IMG/VR virus record: IMGVR_UViG_3300044796_000662
Coordinates: 124,001 to 188,000 of that record
DNA length: 64,000 bases
Reading direction: 5' to 3' (one strand)
Both the position numbers and the translations under genes were made by a program. The notes beneath the pieces were generated by a model that worked only from the letters and a program-made list of their open reading frames with translations, was not told where the DNA came from and made no database searches. Positions 28,507-37,421 of the stretch are shown one piece after another (the stretch's first letter is position 1; the number at the start of each line of letters is the position of its first letter).

Positions 28507-31500
28507 GCCGCCTGTACCGCCAGAATCATGAGTAGTTGGTTGAGAATGTTCGCTTGAGCCGCGATGCGGTTCGTGATCGCAACAGCCTCTTGAATCAGCA
28601 AGCCGCTCTGCTGGTCGATGCGGGCGTCAATCCAGGTGTACCGTGCGTCATACAAACGGTCTGTGCCAGTCAAAGCGTTCTCGATGAGCGCTATGGGTCC
28701 GGTCGCTGGGTTGGTCAGGTAGTTCACACGGTTCTGCACCACAGTGTGCCGTGCCGTGAGGTCCGTGGCCAAGAAACCCCAGGCCACCGCTTGAGCGTCC
28801 CCCACGACCGGCACTGAGGTGGTGAGGAGCGTCTGCCATGTGGTGGTCGTCGTGACGAAGGTCGTGTTCTGCGCGAGAATGCTGAACACGTTCGTAAGCG
28901 TCGTGAAGCTCAGGCCAAACGTGCTCACGATCTGGTAGGTCGTCGGAATCGCGGCCGTGAAGTTCTGCGTTGTCGTCAGCACGTGCGGCGGGGTCGTGCT
29001 CGCGATCTGGTAGATGCCAGCGTTCGAGCCGCTAGGCACGTACACGTAGTCGGACCCCGTCACCTCCGTGAAGTCCTGCGTGCTGTCCGTCAGGGTGGTG
29101 GGCAGCGTAACGGTGCCCGTGCTCGGTCCTACGACCACCGTGAAGGCATCCGTGAAGAACTGGTTGATCGCTGCCTCTTCGGTCGTCCCGATCGTGACCA
29201 GCTCTTGAGACACTGCCGCGAGGAGCGATTGGTAGAAGAACCCGTCGTACGTCGCGAGGGTGTTGTCCACGCGATAGGAGAACGCCGAGTCGGTCGTCAG
29301 GGATTGGTCGAGCGTGACGGAGTTCGAGGCATTGTACGTGGCGATGTTCCGGCGAAGACCCGCGTTCGCGCCCGTAGTCACAACAATCGTGTACCCGACC
29401 ATAGACGCACTGAATGGCGTGCCGGAATCCGTGAAGGCTGTGCCAGTGACGGATCCAGAGAGGGTCTCGACGAGGCTCGACGTCGTGGTCACAACCTCGA
29501 ACGAGAAGGGGTTCGGGTCGTACGTGAAGGGCTCGGACGGGGCGACGAACAATGCTGTAGTGGTGCTGCCGGTTCCGGCGTGGTGGAAAGAGGACCCTGC
29601 GTTCACACCCGTCAGGATGCGCACGAGGTCGTATTGCTTGGGGGCTCCCGGGAAGGTGCCGGACGTGAGCGTGATGTGCAGACCGCTGACGTCGATGGTG
29701 CCGGTCCCGACGAAGGGCAGCGCCAAGGTCTGCAAGTTCGTGATCTGCGCCAGCTCGCTGTTGAGCGGGCCGCCCCCTGCTTCCGTGGTCTCGCCATTGA
29801 ATAGCGGGCCGACGAGCGGGATCGCTTGGTCACCATCGTCATCAACGGTGCCGCCATCGAGCGCAGGGAAGCGATAGGGTGCAACGTTCGTTGCGAAGAG
29901 GCCAGCACCGTAGACCTGAAGAATGTCCCCGCTCGTGGTCCCGAGCTGCACGGGGTAGATGAGCAGGAACTTGGGGATAATGGTGGTCGGCAGGGTACCG
30001 TCGAACGGGAAGTGCCGCTTCTTGTAGCGGATCTCCCCAGTGCCAAGGTCGCAGTCCACGTCCTTGCCGAACTGGTAGACCATCTGGTAGCCGCCGCTGC
30101 CAGGCGGGTCGTTGCCGCCCGAGAGCATCGAGTTGGCATCGGAGGGGGACATCGTGATGGTCGCCCCGGCAGGTATCTCGAAAGCGGAGCCGCCGCTCAA
30201 TGTGATGGTTTGAGGGGTGCCGCCCGAGATAGCGGTGACCGTGACGTTTGCTGAGGCCGGGATGTACGAGTTGCCGAGAGACTCGTTGTGCGTCGGATCC
30301 TCGACGACCACCTTCATCGGGGAGTTGGGACCGCTAGTCGGGAACGCAGGGCGCTGGAGCGCATCGTTGGTCCCAGTCGCGTTGTCCACGGCGAAGACCG
30401 TGTTGCCAGGCGGGTAGGGCTGGAGGATCTGAGCACGGGGCGCCCGACGCGAGACCTGCGAAGGCAGAGACGAGAGGTTCGAGAAGGTCAACTTCGCGAC
30501 CGTATCTCCGTCGTTGGGGCCGCTCGCGTCCTGGCACGGTGAGGTTGTGAACAGGTTCCGGCGTGTCGTGAAGAAGCGGCTGTAGGGACCAGCGATGTAG
30601 AGCTTCTGGTACGTGCCGTTGGGGAGCGGGAACGGCGAGACCTGCACGAGGTCGTCAATCTGGTTGAGCGCATCCGCGGGCGAGGACACCGTGCGGCCGA
30701 TGACCCCATCGAACTTGAAGAGACCGTCATGGTCGCCTACCACACGCCCGTCGAAGGCCGCGAGCACCGCTTCGAGGTCGTTGACGATGGTGTTGTAGTA
30801 GGTGAGGGTCGAGCGAGCGATGATGTCCTGGTTGGCCAGGTGCCCCTCGGAGTAGTAGATCGATTGACGGCCCTGGCTGTAGAGCTGGGGAGACGACGAG
30901 TTCGAGGTCTGCGGACCGCTCGTGGGCGCGCCCGAGGTCGAGTCCTGTTGAAGCTCCTGCGCGAACTCCCCTCGGAAGTTCGTCATCGTCTCGACCCGGT
31001 AGTAGAAGCTGTCCGGACTGAACGTGTAGTAGTTCGCCATCAAGCTCTGGTTGAGGAGCCCGTTGGGGGCGCTGGGAGTGATGACGTTCGTGTAGCTCGC
31101 CCGGAAGTGCAACCCAGCCTGAACCGTGTAGTAGCCCGTGTAGAAGATCGAGACTTCCTCACCTGGCTGCAAGGGCACTGTCAAGGTGATGTTGCCCGAT
31201 GGCTCGATCGTATAGTCGGTCGGCGAGGAGAGGATCGTTCCGACCTGACCGCCCATACGCCGCCAGACGATGTACGGCTGCGTGAGCACAGGAACGTAGG
31301 TGGTCGTGACGACCTTGGCCCCAGCTTCGTAAATGGGCCGGACAGAGTAACTTAGCGTCTCGACGTCGTACTGAAGGACGGTGTTGCGTGCGAGTGTGAT
31401 GTTGGTGACGTTGTTCGTCGAGTCGTAGGTGACACCCGTCGCCTCGTAGAAATCCTGTTCCGAGCCGGTCGTGAAGAGCAAGATCGTGCCGGTCTTGTAC

Positions 31501-34500
31501 GAGCCCGTACGGTTGCCCGCGATCGTGACCTGGTTCATCCCGATCGAGACAGGCTCGTAAGAGGCCAGCTCCGTCTGGAAGTACGAAGGGATGAAGACGG
31601 TCGGCGTCAGGGGTGTCGGCCCCGAAGCCACGTAGAGGGTCGGATTCTGGAAGTCGTCTGTGAAGGACTCGCCGCCCCCAAGGGTTACCGTGGTCATGCC
31701 GGTCCCGGCGTCGTACGTAGACGAGCCGATCAGATAGACCTGCTGCGTCTCGATGCGCAGGAGGAAACCGGGCGGGAAGCTAGCGGCATAGTTGCCCGCG
31801 ATCATGAAGTAGGTGTTGTCCGGGATGACCGAGGGTGCCGTGATGTTCGAGTCGCTGACGATGTTCACCTGGGCGAGATTGATCGGCGGTTGCAGGACCG
31901 TCGTCGTCTTCTCGCCACCGATCGCCTCGTAGACGTAGTAGTCGATGTAGACGTTCTCGATCGGGTTGACGATCGCGCCATGGGGCAGTGCGTTCGTCAG
32001 AATGGCGTCCGGTTGGAAGGTGATCGTCGAGTTGGATGCGTTGACGACACACTGTGTGGGAATGACCTGTGGTCGGCCTCCACGCCAGACGGCTTGCGTG
32101 GGGTTCGTTGCAACCGTGCGCCCGAGAGGGTTGAACTGGAGGGTCGTCGTGGGCACGGGATGCGGCTGGCACAACTCCTTGCGCACGAGAAACGTCATCG
32201 GCTCGACGATCACGGTGCTCGGCGCGTTCTGCGACGTGTACGTGACCAAACCCTCTTCCTCCGCGAGCATGCGGACAGTGAAGGTGATCGTGCCGAGAGC
32301 CGGCGTCATCACGTAGTCCACGTTCTGCGTCAGGAGGCGCACGAAGTAGACGGTCCCACCCGCGGTCACGTCCACCTGCGAGAAGTTCAGGTCGCCAGTC
32401 GCGGCGCTGACCTCGACTGTGCCCTGAGGCAGAGACGACGGACTGGAGAACGCCGCATCGTTTGCGACGACGTTGACGTGCGTGGAAAAGGTCGCGTTCG
32501 GCCCCTTGCCGTAGCGGAATCGCACGACATTCACGTAGGTCGTCATCACGCTCAGGCGCGGCGAGTTCGTGATCGTGCCGAGGGCTCGGATGCGCTCGAC
32601 CTTCGTGTTCGGATCGACCAGCTCCACCTCTTGGAAGAATCGATCCGCCAAGACCTCCTTCGAGGCGAACACCTGGTAGTCGAGGTTCGAAGAGGTGGTA
32701 CCGGCAACATCCGTGAGGAGCAACGTCGGGTTGACCGGGGACCCAATCGTGTAGACGCCCTGCGCAGCGCCCGAAGTCACCGCGAGGTACATGCCTGGAA
32801 GCACATTGTCCGTGGTGAAGTCAGCGCTCGTGTCGGTGAAGGACGTCCCGGAGAACGAGCCTGTAGACCCTTCCGCAAGCTGCTCATTCACCTGCGTGAA
32901 GGAGAACTGGCCGGCGGTCTCGTCGAAGAGCCCTCCAAGGCCCGTAGTCGAGACGAACACTCCAGAGCCGGGCGGGCTCTCCGTGAACGGCGTGTAGAAG
33001 CCTGAGCCGGGCGCTGTCTCGATGGCGAAGTTCAGGTTCGACGGGAAGACTAGCGGGTTTGGCAAGACCGCGATGGCGGTCGCTTGCTGTAGCAGCAACG
33101 ATTGGGTGTTGTAGCGCTGCGCGTACTGAAGCGTGCCCGTGTCCGAGTCCAAGACATACCCGATGCCCGCAGTGGGGGTCGTCGTCTGGTTCGGGAGGTT
33201 GCTGGAGATGAAGCTGCCCGTCCCCTGCTCGACCATCACCACGAGGGGGTACTGCGTGTACGGGGCGTACGTCGGGTTGTCGATCGGGATGGCAGGCAAG
33301 AAGACCTGTGGCATCGCGATGATGGGGGACTGGAACGTGGCGTCCGTCACCTGATATATGGCCGAGACGTCCTTGATCGAAGCGTCCGTACCCGCGAGGT
33401 CCACGGGGCACCTGAAGAACCGCATCGACACGCCGCGCTCAACCGGAAGGTCTCCGGAGACCATCTGGAGCGTCTGGCCGCCGTACAGGAGGCGATCCGC
33501 CTGCGAGAACTGAATCTGGCCCGTCGTCGGGTCGTACTGGACCTGCCCTTGTTTGCCGACTGCACTGAACGAGGCAACCGGAGTGGCTACCGCTTCCTCG
33601 AACTGGACGACGCCAGGGACGCGGAAGATGATGTCCCCGCCCGGCGCCGGGATGGGGCTCAAGACGCTCGCCTGGGGCGATGTGTTGCCGACCAGGTTGA
33701 TGGTGCCGAGGTTCTGGACCGGCAGCGTCAGGTTCGCCGAGATGAGCACCCCATCGTAGTAGACGGGGGTCCCTGCGTTGTTGGTGATGTCGGTCGAGTT
33801 GAACTTGAGCAGCCCGGTGGTCGTGTTCCACTCGACGGTGCCGATCGTTGGGTTCGGTGAGAAGGTCGAGACGCCGATCGCCTGCAAGTAGAGCCCGTAT
33901 CCGATCCGGAGCAGCGGGTACTGCGACGTTCCAGGGATGGGGGTGAGCAGGAGCGAGTTGTTGCCGATGTCCCCGATGTTGCCGTTCGACTGTTGCGTGG
34001 TGAACGGCGCCTGTTGCTGGAACAGGATGGGCTGCCCCTGGTAGGACGGGTTCGTCAGGTCAGTTGTGTTCCAGAGAAGCTGACCCGCCGTCGAGCCGGT
34101 CGTGATCATCTGCACGTTGCCCGGCGCGGGCGTCGTGAAGCTGGTCACGAGCGTCAGGGTGAACGTGAAGATGGGAGCGGCGGGGGTACCTATCGACAAC
34201 CGGAACGGGGCAACGGCCGGCGACGTTGAGGTGTTGCTGATCTGAACGGGAGCCTTGACCGTCGAGGTATTCAACGTGGGGCCGAACAACCCGAGGTTGA
34301 GGGGTGTGCTGCCAGGCAAGGGACGGAACTGCTGGTGCTTGCCGTCGTACGTGAAGCGCTGGATGGCCGCCTCTCCGACGACGAAGCCCTCGTTCTTCGT
34401 CCACCCAAAGGTAGCCGAAGGGAGCTTCCCGTCCGTCATGACGAGAACGAGGTAGTCCGTTCTCGGGACGTTCTCGGCCGAGGAATAGTAGGAGCTGAAC

Positions 34501-34604
34501 GCGCCGGGGTTAGACTCGAAGTTCGCTGGGGTCAGCGTGAACTGCGAGTTGGCCGCCCCGACGAGCGGTGGCTCCAACACGTATCCCGTGATCGAGAAGC
34601 CCAT
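28503..34604 (-). CDS. Giant baseplate/virion structural protein, 2033 aa
   Basis: 6.1-kb ORF with GC3 bias between spike and wedge genes; repeated beta modules (DY...G.ITF, F.D....F) and a helical C-terminus. Confidence 0.7.
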   Translation of the reverse strand: MGFSITGYVLEPPLVGAANSQFTLTPANFESNPGAFSSYYSSAENVPRTDYLVLVMTDGKLPSATFGWTKNEGFVVGEAAIQRFTYDGKHQQFRPLPGSTPLNLGLFGPTLNTSTVKAPVQISNTSTSPAVAPFRLSIGTPAAPIFTFTLTLVTSFTTPAPGNVQMITTGSTAGQLLWNTTDLTNPSYQGQPILFQQQAPFTTQQSNGNIGDIGNNSLLLTPIPGTSQYPLLRIGYGLYLQAIGVSTFSPNPTIGTVEWNTTTGLLKFNSTDITNNAGTPVYYDGVLISANLTLPVQNLGTINLVGNTSPQASVLSPIPAPGGDIIFRVPGVVQFEEAVATPVASFSAVGKQGQVQYDPTTGQIQFSQADRLLYGGQTLQMVSGDLPVERGVSMRFFRCPVDLAGTDASIKDVSAIYQVTDATFQSPIIAMPQVFLPAIPIDNPTYAPYTQYPLVVMVEQGTGSFISSNLPNQTTTPTAGIGYVLDSDTGTLQYAQRYNTQSLLLQQATAIAVLPNPLVFPSNLNFAIETAPGSGFYTPFTESPPGSGVFVSTTGLGGLFDETAGQFSFTQVNEQLAEGSTGSFSGTSFTDTSADFTTDNVLPGMYLAVTSGAAQGVYTIGSPVNPTLLLTDVAGTTSSNLDYQVFASKEVLADRFFQEVELVDPNTKVERIRALGTITNSPRLSVMTTYVNVVRFRYGKGPNATFSTHVNVVANDAAFSSPSSLPQGTVEVSAATGDLNFSQVDVTAGGTVYFVRLLTQNVDYVMTPALGTITFTVRMLAEEEGLVTYTSQNAPSTVIVEPMTFLVRKELCQPHPVPTTTLQFNPLGRTVATNPTQAVWRGGRPQVIPTQCVVNASNSTITFQPDAILTNALPHGAIVNPIENVYIDYYVYEAIGGEKTTTVLQPPINLAQVNIVSDSNITAPSVIPDNTYFMIAGNYAASFPPGFLLRIETQQVYLIGSSTYDAGTGMTTVTLGGGESFTDDFQNPTLYVASGPTPLTPTVFIPSYFQTELASYEPVSIGMNQVTIAGNRTGSYKTGTILLFTTGSEQDFYEATGVTYDSTNNVTNITLARNTVLQYDVETLSYSVRPIYEAGAKVVTTTYVPVLTQPYIVWRRMGGQVGTILSSPTDYTIEPSGNITLTVPLQPGEEVSIFYTGYYTVQAGLHFRASYTNVITPSAPNGLLNQSLMANYYTFSPDSFYYRVETMTNFRGEFAQELQQDSTSGAPTSGPQTSNSSSPQLYSQGRQSIYYSEGHLANQDIIARSTLTYYNTIVNDLEAVLAAFDGRVVGDHDGLFKFDGVIGRTVSSPADALNQIDDLVQVSPFPLPNGTYQKLYIAGPYSRFFTTRRNLFTTSPCQDASGPNDGDTVAKLTFSNLSSLPSQVSRRAPRAQILQPYPPGNTVFAVDNATGTNDALQRPAFPTSGPNSPMKVVVEDPTHNESLGNSYIPASANVTVTAISGGTPQTITLSGGSAFEIPAGATITMSPSDANSMLSGGNDPPGSGGYQMVYQFGKDVDCDLGTGEIRYKKRHFPFDGTLPTTIIPKFLLIYPVQLGTTSGDILQVYGAGLFATNVAPYRFPALDGGTVDDDGDQAIPLVGPLFNGETTEAGGGPLNSELAQITNLQTLALPFVGTGTIDVSGLHITLTSGTFPGAPKQYDLVRILTGVNAGSSFHHAGTGSTTTALFVAPSEPFTYDPNPFSFEVVTTTSSLVETLSGSVTGTAFTDSGTPFSASMVGYTIVVTTGANAGLRRNIATYNASNSVTLDQSLTTDSAFSYRVDNTLATYDGFFYQSLLAAVSQELVTIGTTEEAAINQFFTDAFTVVVGPSTGTVTLPTTLTDSTQDFTEVTGSDYVYVPSGSNAGIYQIASTTPPHVLTTTQNFTAAIPTTYQIVSTFGLSFTTLTNVFSILAQNTTFVTTTTTWQTLLTTSVPVVGDAQAVAWGFLATDLTARHTVVQNRVNYLTNPATGPIALIENALTGTDRLYDARYTWIDARIDQQSGLLIQEAVAITNRIAAQANILNQLLMILAVQAA

Positions 34605-34622
34605 CCTGTCTGCATCCTGTCT

Positions 34623-35195
34623 TCATACGACGGACCCGAACCCGACCCCCACTGAGGGGGCCGGACCTGCTCCGCCCGCGATCGGTGTCACGGTAGTGTA
34701 GGCCGCAAAAGTAGTATCGAGCGCGATTCCGATGGCTGTTGCTTTCTTGACGGACCCTGGCCCCACCATCCCTGCCGTAGCGAACCCAGCGATCATGGCA
34801 GGGATCGCGGAGCCGCCCTGGAAACGTACTACACCGGCCCCGACCCCTACCGTGGTGTGAGCTGTCGTGATGAGCCCCTGGGCGAAACCTGTCGTCAGAC
34901 CGATGGACAGGCCGAGGATGGTCAGAGGGGCAAAGGGCCCAACAATGCCCATGGCCGCGAACCCCTGCGTGAGCCCTGCCGTAATGAGCGGAGTAGGGAC
35001 CAGGAGAGGCGTGGCCCCCACCCCGACCCCGACCACACCAGAATCGACCGTGATCGGCTTGACGATGCCCGTCAGGTACGCGAAGACGCCGGACGCGACC
35101 CCGTTTGCAAACTGAGGCACAGACGGCCCAATGTGGCCCGTTGAGACCAACGCGGCCGCAATCGTCGCCGTGAGCCCTACCGGAGTGATCGGCAT
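34623..35195 (-). CDS. Gly/Ala-rich hypothetical protein coupled to spike gene
   Basis: TGATG overlap with spike stop; two-fold internal repeat (GPSVPQFANGVASG / GPGSVKKATAIGIA). Confidence 0.65.
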   Translation of the reverse strand: MPITPVGLTATIAAALVSTGHIGPSVPQFANGVASGVFAYLTGIVKPITVDSGVVGVGVGATPLLVPTPLITAGLTQGFAAMGIVGPFAPLTILGLSIGLTTGFAQGLITTAHTTVGVGAGVVRFQGGSAIPAMIAGFATAGMVGPGSVKKATAIGIALDTTFAAYTTVTPIAGGAGPAPSVGVGFGSVV

Positions 35196-37414
35196 CAGAT
35201 TGACCTCACCACGGCGCAGCCTTGGAGCGGCAGGCCCGTGATCCAGTCGAGGGAGGGAGAGCCTGGGGGCATCATCGGGGCGCCACGGGCAACCCCAAAG
35301 ACAGCCGCGGGACCCCCAAAGAGCATCTGTGGAGCGATGAGGGACACAACGCTGGTCGAGGTGATGGTCGCCGGTCCGCCTGCCGTCAGAGAGATGGCTG
35401 CGGCCGCCTGCATACTGACCGCTGCGGCTGCGGTCAGGGCGATAGCGCCCGCGCCCACGTTGACCGAGAAGGCTCCGGCGCCCACGTTGATCGCGAAGGC
35501 ACCGCCGCCGTTGTTGAAGGTCGTCACGCCGGCGGCGGTGTTGTACGATCGGGCTCCTGCGACCACGGAGTCCAGAAGGGCGCCCGCGAGAATGGTCTTG
35601 ATCTCCCCGCCCGCCAGGATGTTGGTCGTGACGAGGAGCGCGTAGTTCATGATGGTCTTGTCGGTCACCGTGAGCGACAAGCCGCCATAGCTGCCCGTGA
35701 ACCCGCCGTTAGCCGACTGAGACATGGTGTCGGCTTTGATCGAATGCCGACCGTTCGCGGTCTCCGTAATCGATCCGTAGGCATTGAGGACGTAGTCCCC
35801 GGTCAGCACCTTGTTCTCGTTACCCTCGACCGTTGTATCGAGCGAGATGCCCTGACCCGTAGAGTCGGACGGCGAGCCCGAGTGCGTGACCTTCACGGGG
35901 CAGTCGTACTCGATGTCCACGGACTGACCCGCCGCGAGGTGGCCGACACGGGCCTTAATGCCCCCCGCAAAGTCCGCGATGAGCGAGGCGCCAAGGGATG
36001 TCTCCATCCCGAGGAACATCTTGAGCGCGCCGCCCATCGTGACCTCGGCGCTAACGTTCTTGGACCCGCTCGGGTAGCGCTCGACGACCGAGCCTGGGAC
36101 GCTGAGAAACAGCTTACCCTGCTTGGAGATCGAGCAAGAGAACGGATCGACCTTGTCTTGCTGATTCGGGGGGTTGATCTGGAAGAAGAACGCGCCCGCT
36201 GTGGTGTTCGCTTCGAGATCTGGCTCCGTGGCCAAACGTGGCACCACGTTCATCGTGAATTTGCCAGGGTCCTTCGAATCCGACCAGATGTCGTCGAAGA
36301 TCTGCGGCTTGAGCATCTGCGCGTACTGGCGCATGCCGTTGCCAGAGAGCGCGTCGTTGCCCACGACCGTCCCCATCGCAAGCTCGATGAACCGACGAGG
36401 CTGCGACATCTGGAAGCCGTCGATCTCGTCCCGAACCTCCTGCGAGGCGTCTGTCGTGTGCGAGATCTCGACCCTGCGCTCCGTGTACGCGAGGGCGCCC
36501 AAGGAGGTATCCGGATCCTCGAAATTCACCCCGACGTTCGTTGCCGGGTAGAAGACTCGCCTGCCGTTGTTGTACGTGACCGGAGGGAAGTCAGACACGT
36601 CGTTGAAGAACCCAAGCACCTTGCCGTTCGAGTTGGCGTACTTGTTCGGGCCGTTGGGTACGTCCGGGCCGATGGCCGCAAGGTCAGTCTGACCGAAATA
36701 GCGGTTGGCTGTCGTTTGCAGCGTCACCCCGTCCTTCTGGAAGATGTCATTGGGGAGGAACGCTTGCCCGCGGCGGATCGGACCCGTGATCTCGTGCACG
36801 CCCGAAGTGTTCTCGACCCTATGGATGCCCTGCGTGATCAGCGTGCGGTCCACATCGCGCAGCTCGATGAAGTCGCCGGCACGGTTGTAGAACTTGGCGT
36901 CTCGCGTAAGGGCGAACTCGGCACCCTGCGACGACATGCCGCCAACGTCGCCAGGACGCAAGCGCATGCGCTTGTAGCGGATGGTCGGCCCGAGGAAGTT
37001 GTTCAGGAAGGCCACGTCACTCGGATCCACTTGAGAGGGATCCGTGGGGGCCATCGGGTCGAAGTTGAGTGCGAGGCGCGAGGCTGCCGGCAGGTAGCCG
37101 AGGATGACGCCTTGCGTGATCTGCTTACTCTTGCGTCGGTAGCCGAGAATGACGAGCGAGTTGACCTCTGGGATGCCCCCGAGGAAGCTTCGTGGACCCG
37201 CCATGCTCTGCGAGAGGTCCACCTCGTAGTGGTCACCACCTCCGGTGAGCACCTTGAGGTCCGCGACCATGTTGATCTCGTCAACGCGGGTGATGATCGC
37301 GACCTTGAGGCCGAACCCGCCGCCCTCCCCTGAGTCAGCGAACTTAGAATCCTTCCTCTGCCCCACTTCACGGGGCATCGGAGCGCCGGGCGGTCTGGTA
37401 CCTGCGATTGACAT
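35195..37414 (-). CDS. Central spike protein (gp5/gpV/VgrG-like OB fold plus beta-helix)
   Basis: LKVAIITRVDE..MVADL...PEVNSLVILGY is an OB-fold pattern; C-terminal Gly/Ala beta-strand repeats; follows hub gene. Confidence 0.75.
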   Translation of the reverse strand: MSIAGTRPPGAPMPREVGQRKDSKFADSGEGGGFGLKVAIITRVDEINMVADLKVLTGGGDHYEVDLSQSMAGPRSFLGGIPEVNSLVILGYRRKSKQITQGVILGYLPAASRLALNFDPMAPTDPSQVDPSDVAFLNNFLGPTIRYKRMRLRPGDVGGMSSQGAEFALTRDAKFYNRAGDFIELRDVDRTLITQGIHRVENTSGVHEITGPIRRGQAFLPNDIFQKDGVTLQTTANRYFGQTDLAAIGPDVPNGPNKYANSNGKVLGFFNDVSDFPPVTYNNGRRVFYPATNVGVNFEDPDTSLGALAYTERRVEISHTTDASQEVRDEIDGFQMSQPRRFIELAMGTVVGNDALSGNGMRQYAQMLKPQIFDDIWSDSKDPGKFTMNVVPRLATEPDLEANTTAGAFFFQINPPNQQDKVDPFSCSISKQGKLFLSVPGSVVERYPSGSKNVSAEVTMGGALKMFLGMETSLGASLIADFAGGIKARVGHLAAGQSVDIEYDCPVKVTHSGSPSDSTGQGISLDTTVEGNENKVLTGDYVLNAYGSITETANGRHSIKADTMSQSANGGFTGSYGGLSLTVTDKTIMNYALLVTTNILAGGEIKTILAGALLDSVVAGARSYNTAAGVTTFNNGGGAFAINVGAGAFSVNVGAGAIALTAAAAVSMQAAAAISLTAGGPATITSTSVVSLIAPQMLFGGPAAVFGVARGAPMMPPGSPSLDWITGLPLQGCAVVRSI

Positions 37415-37421
37415 TTGATCC

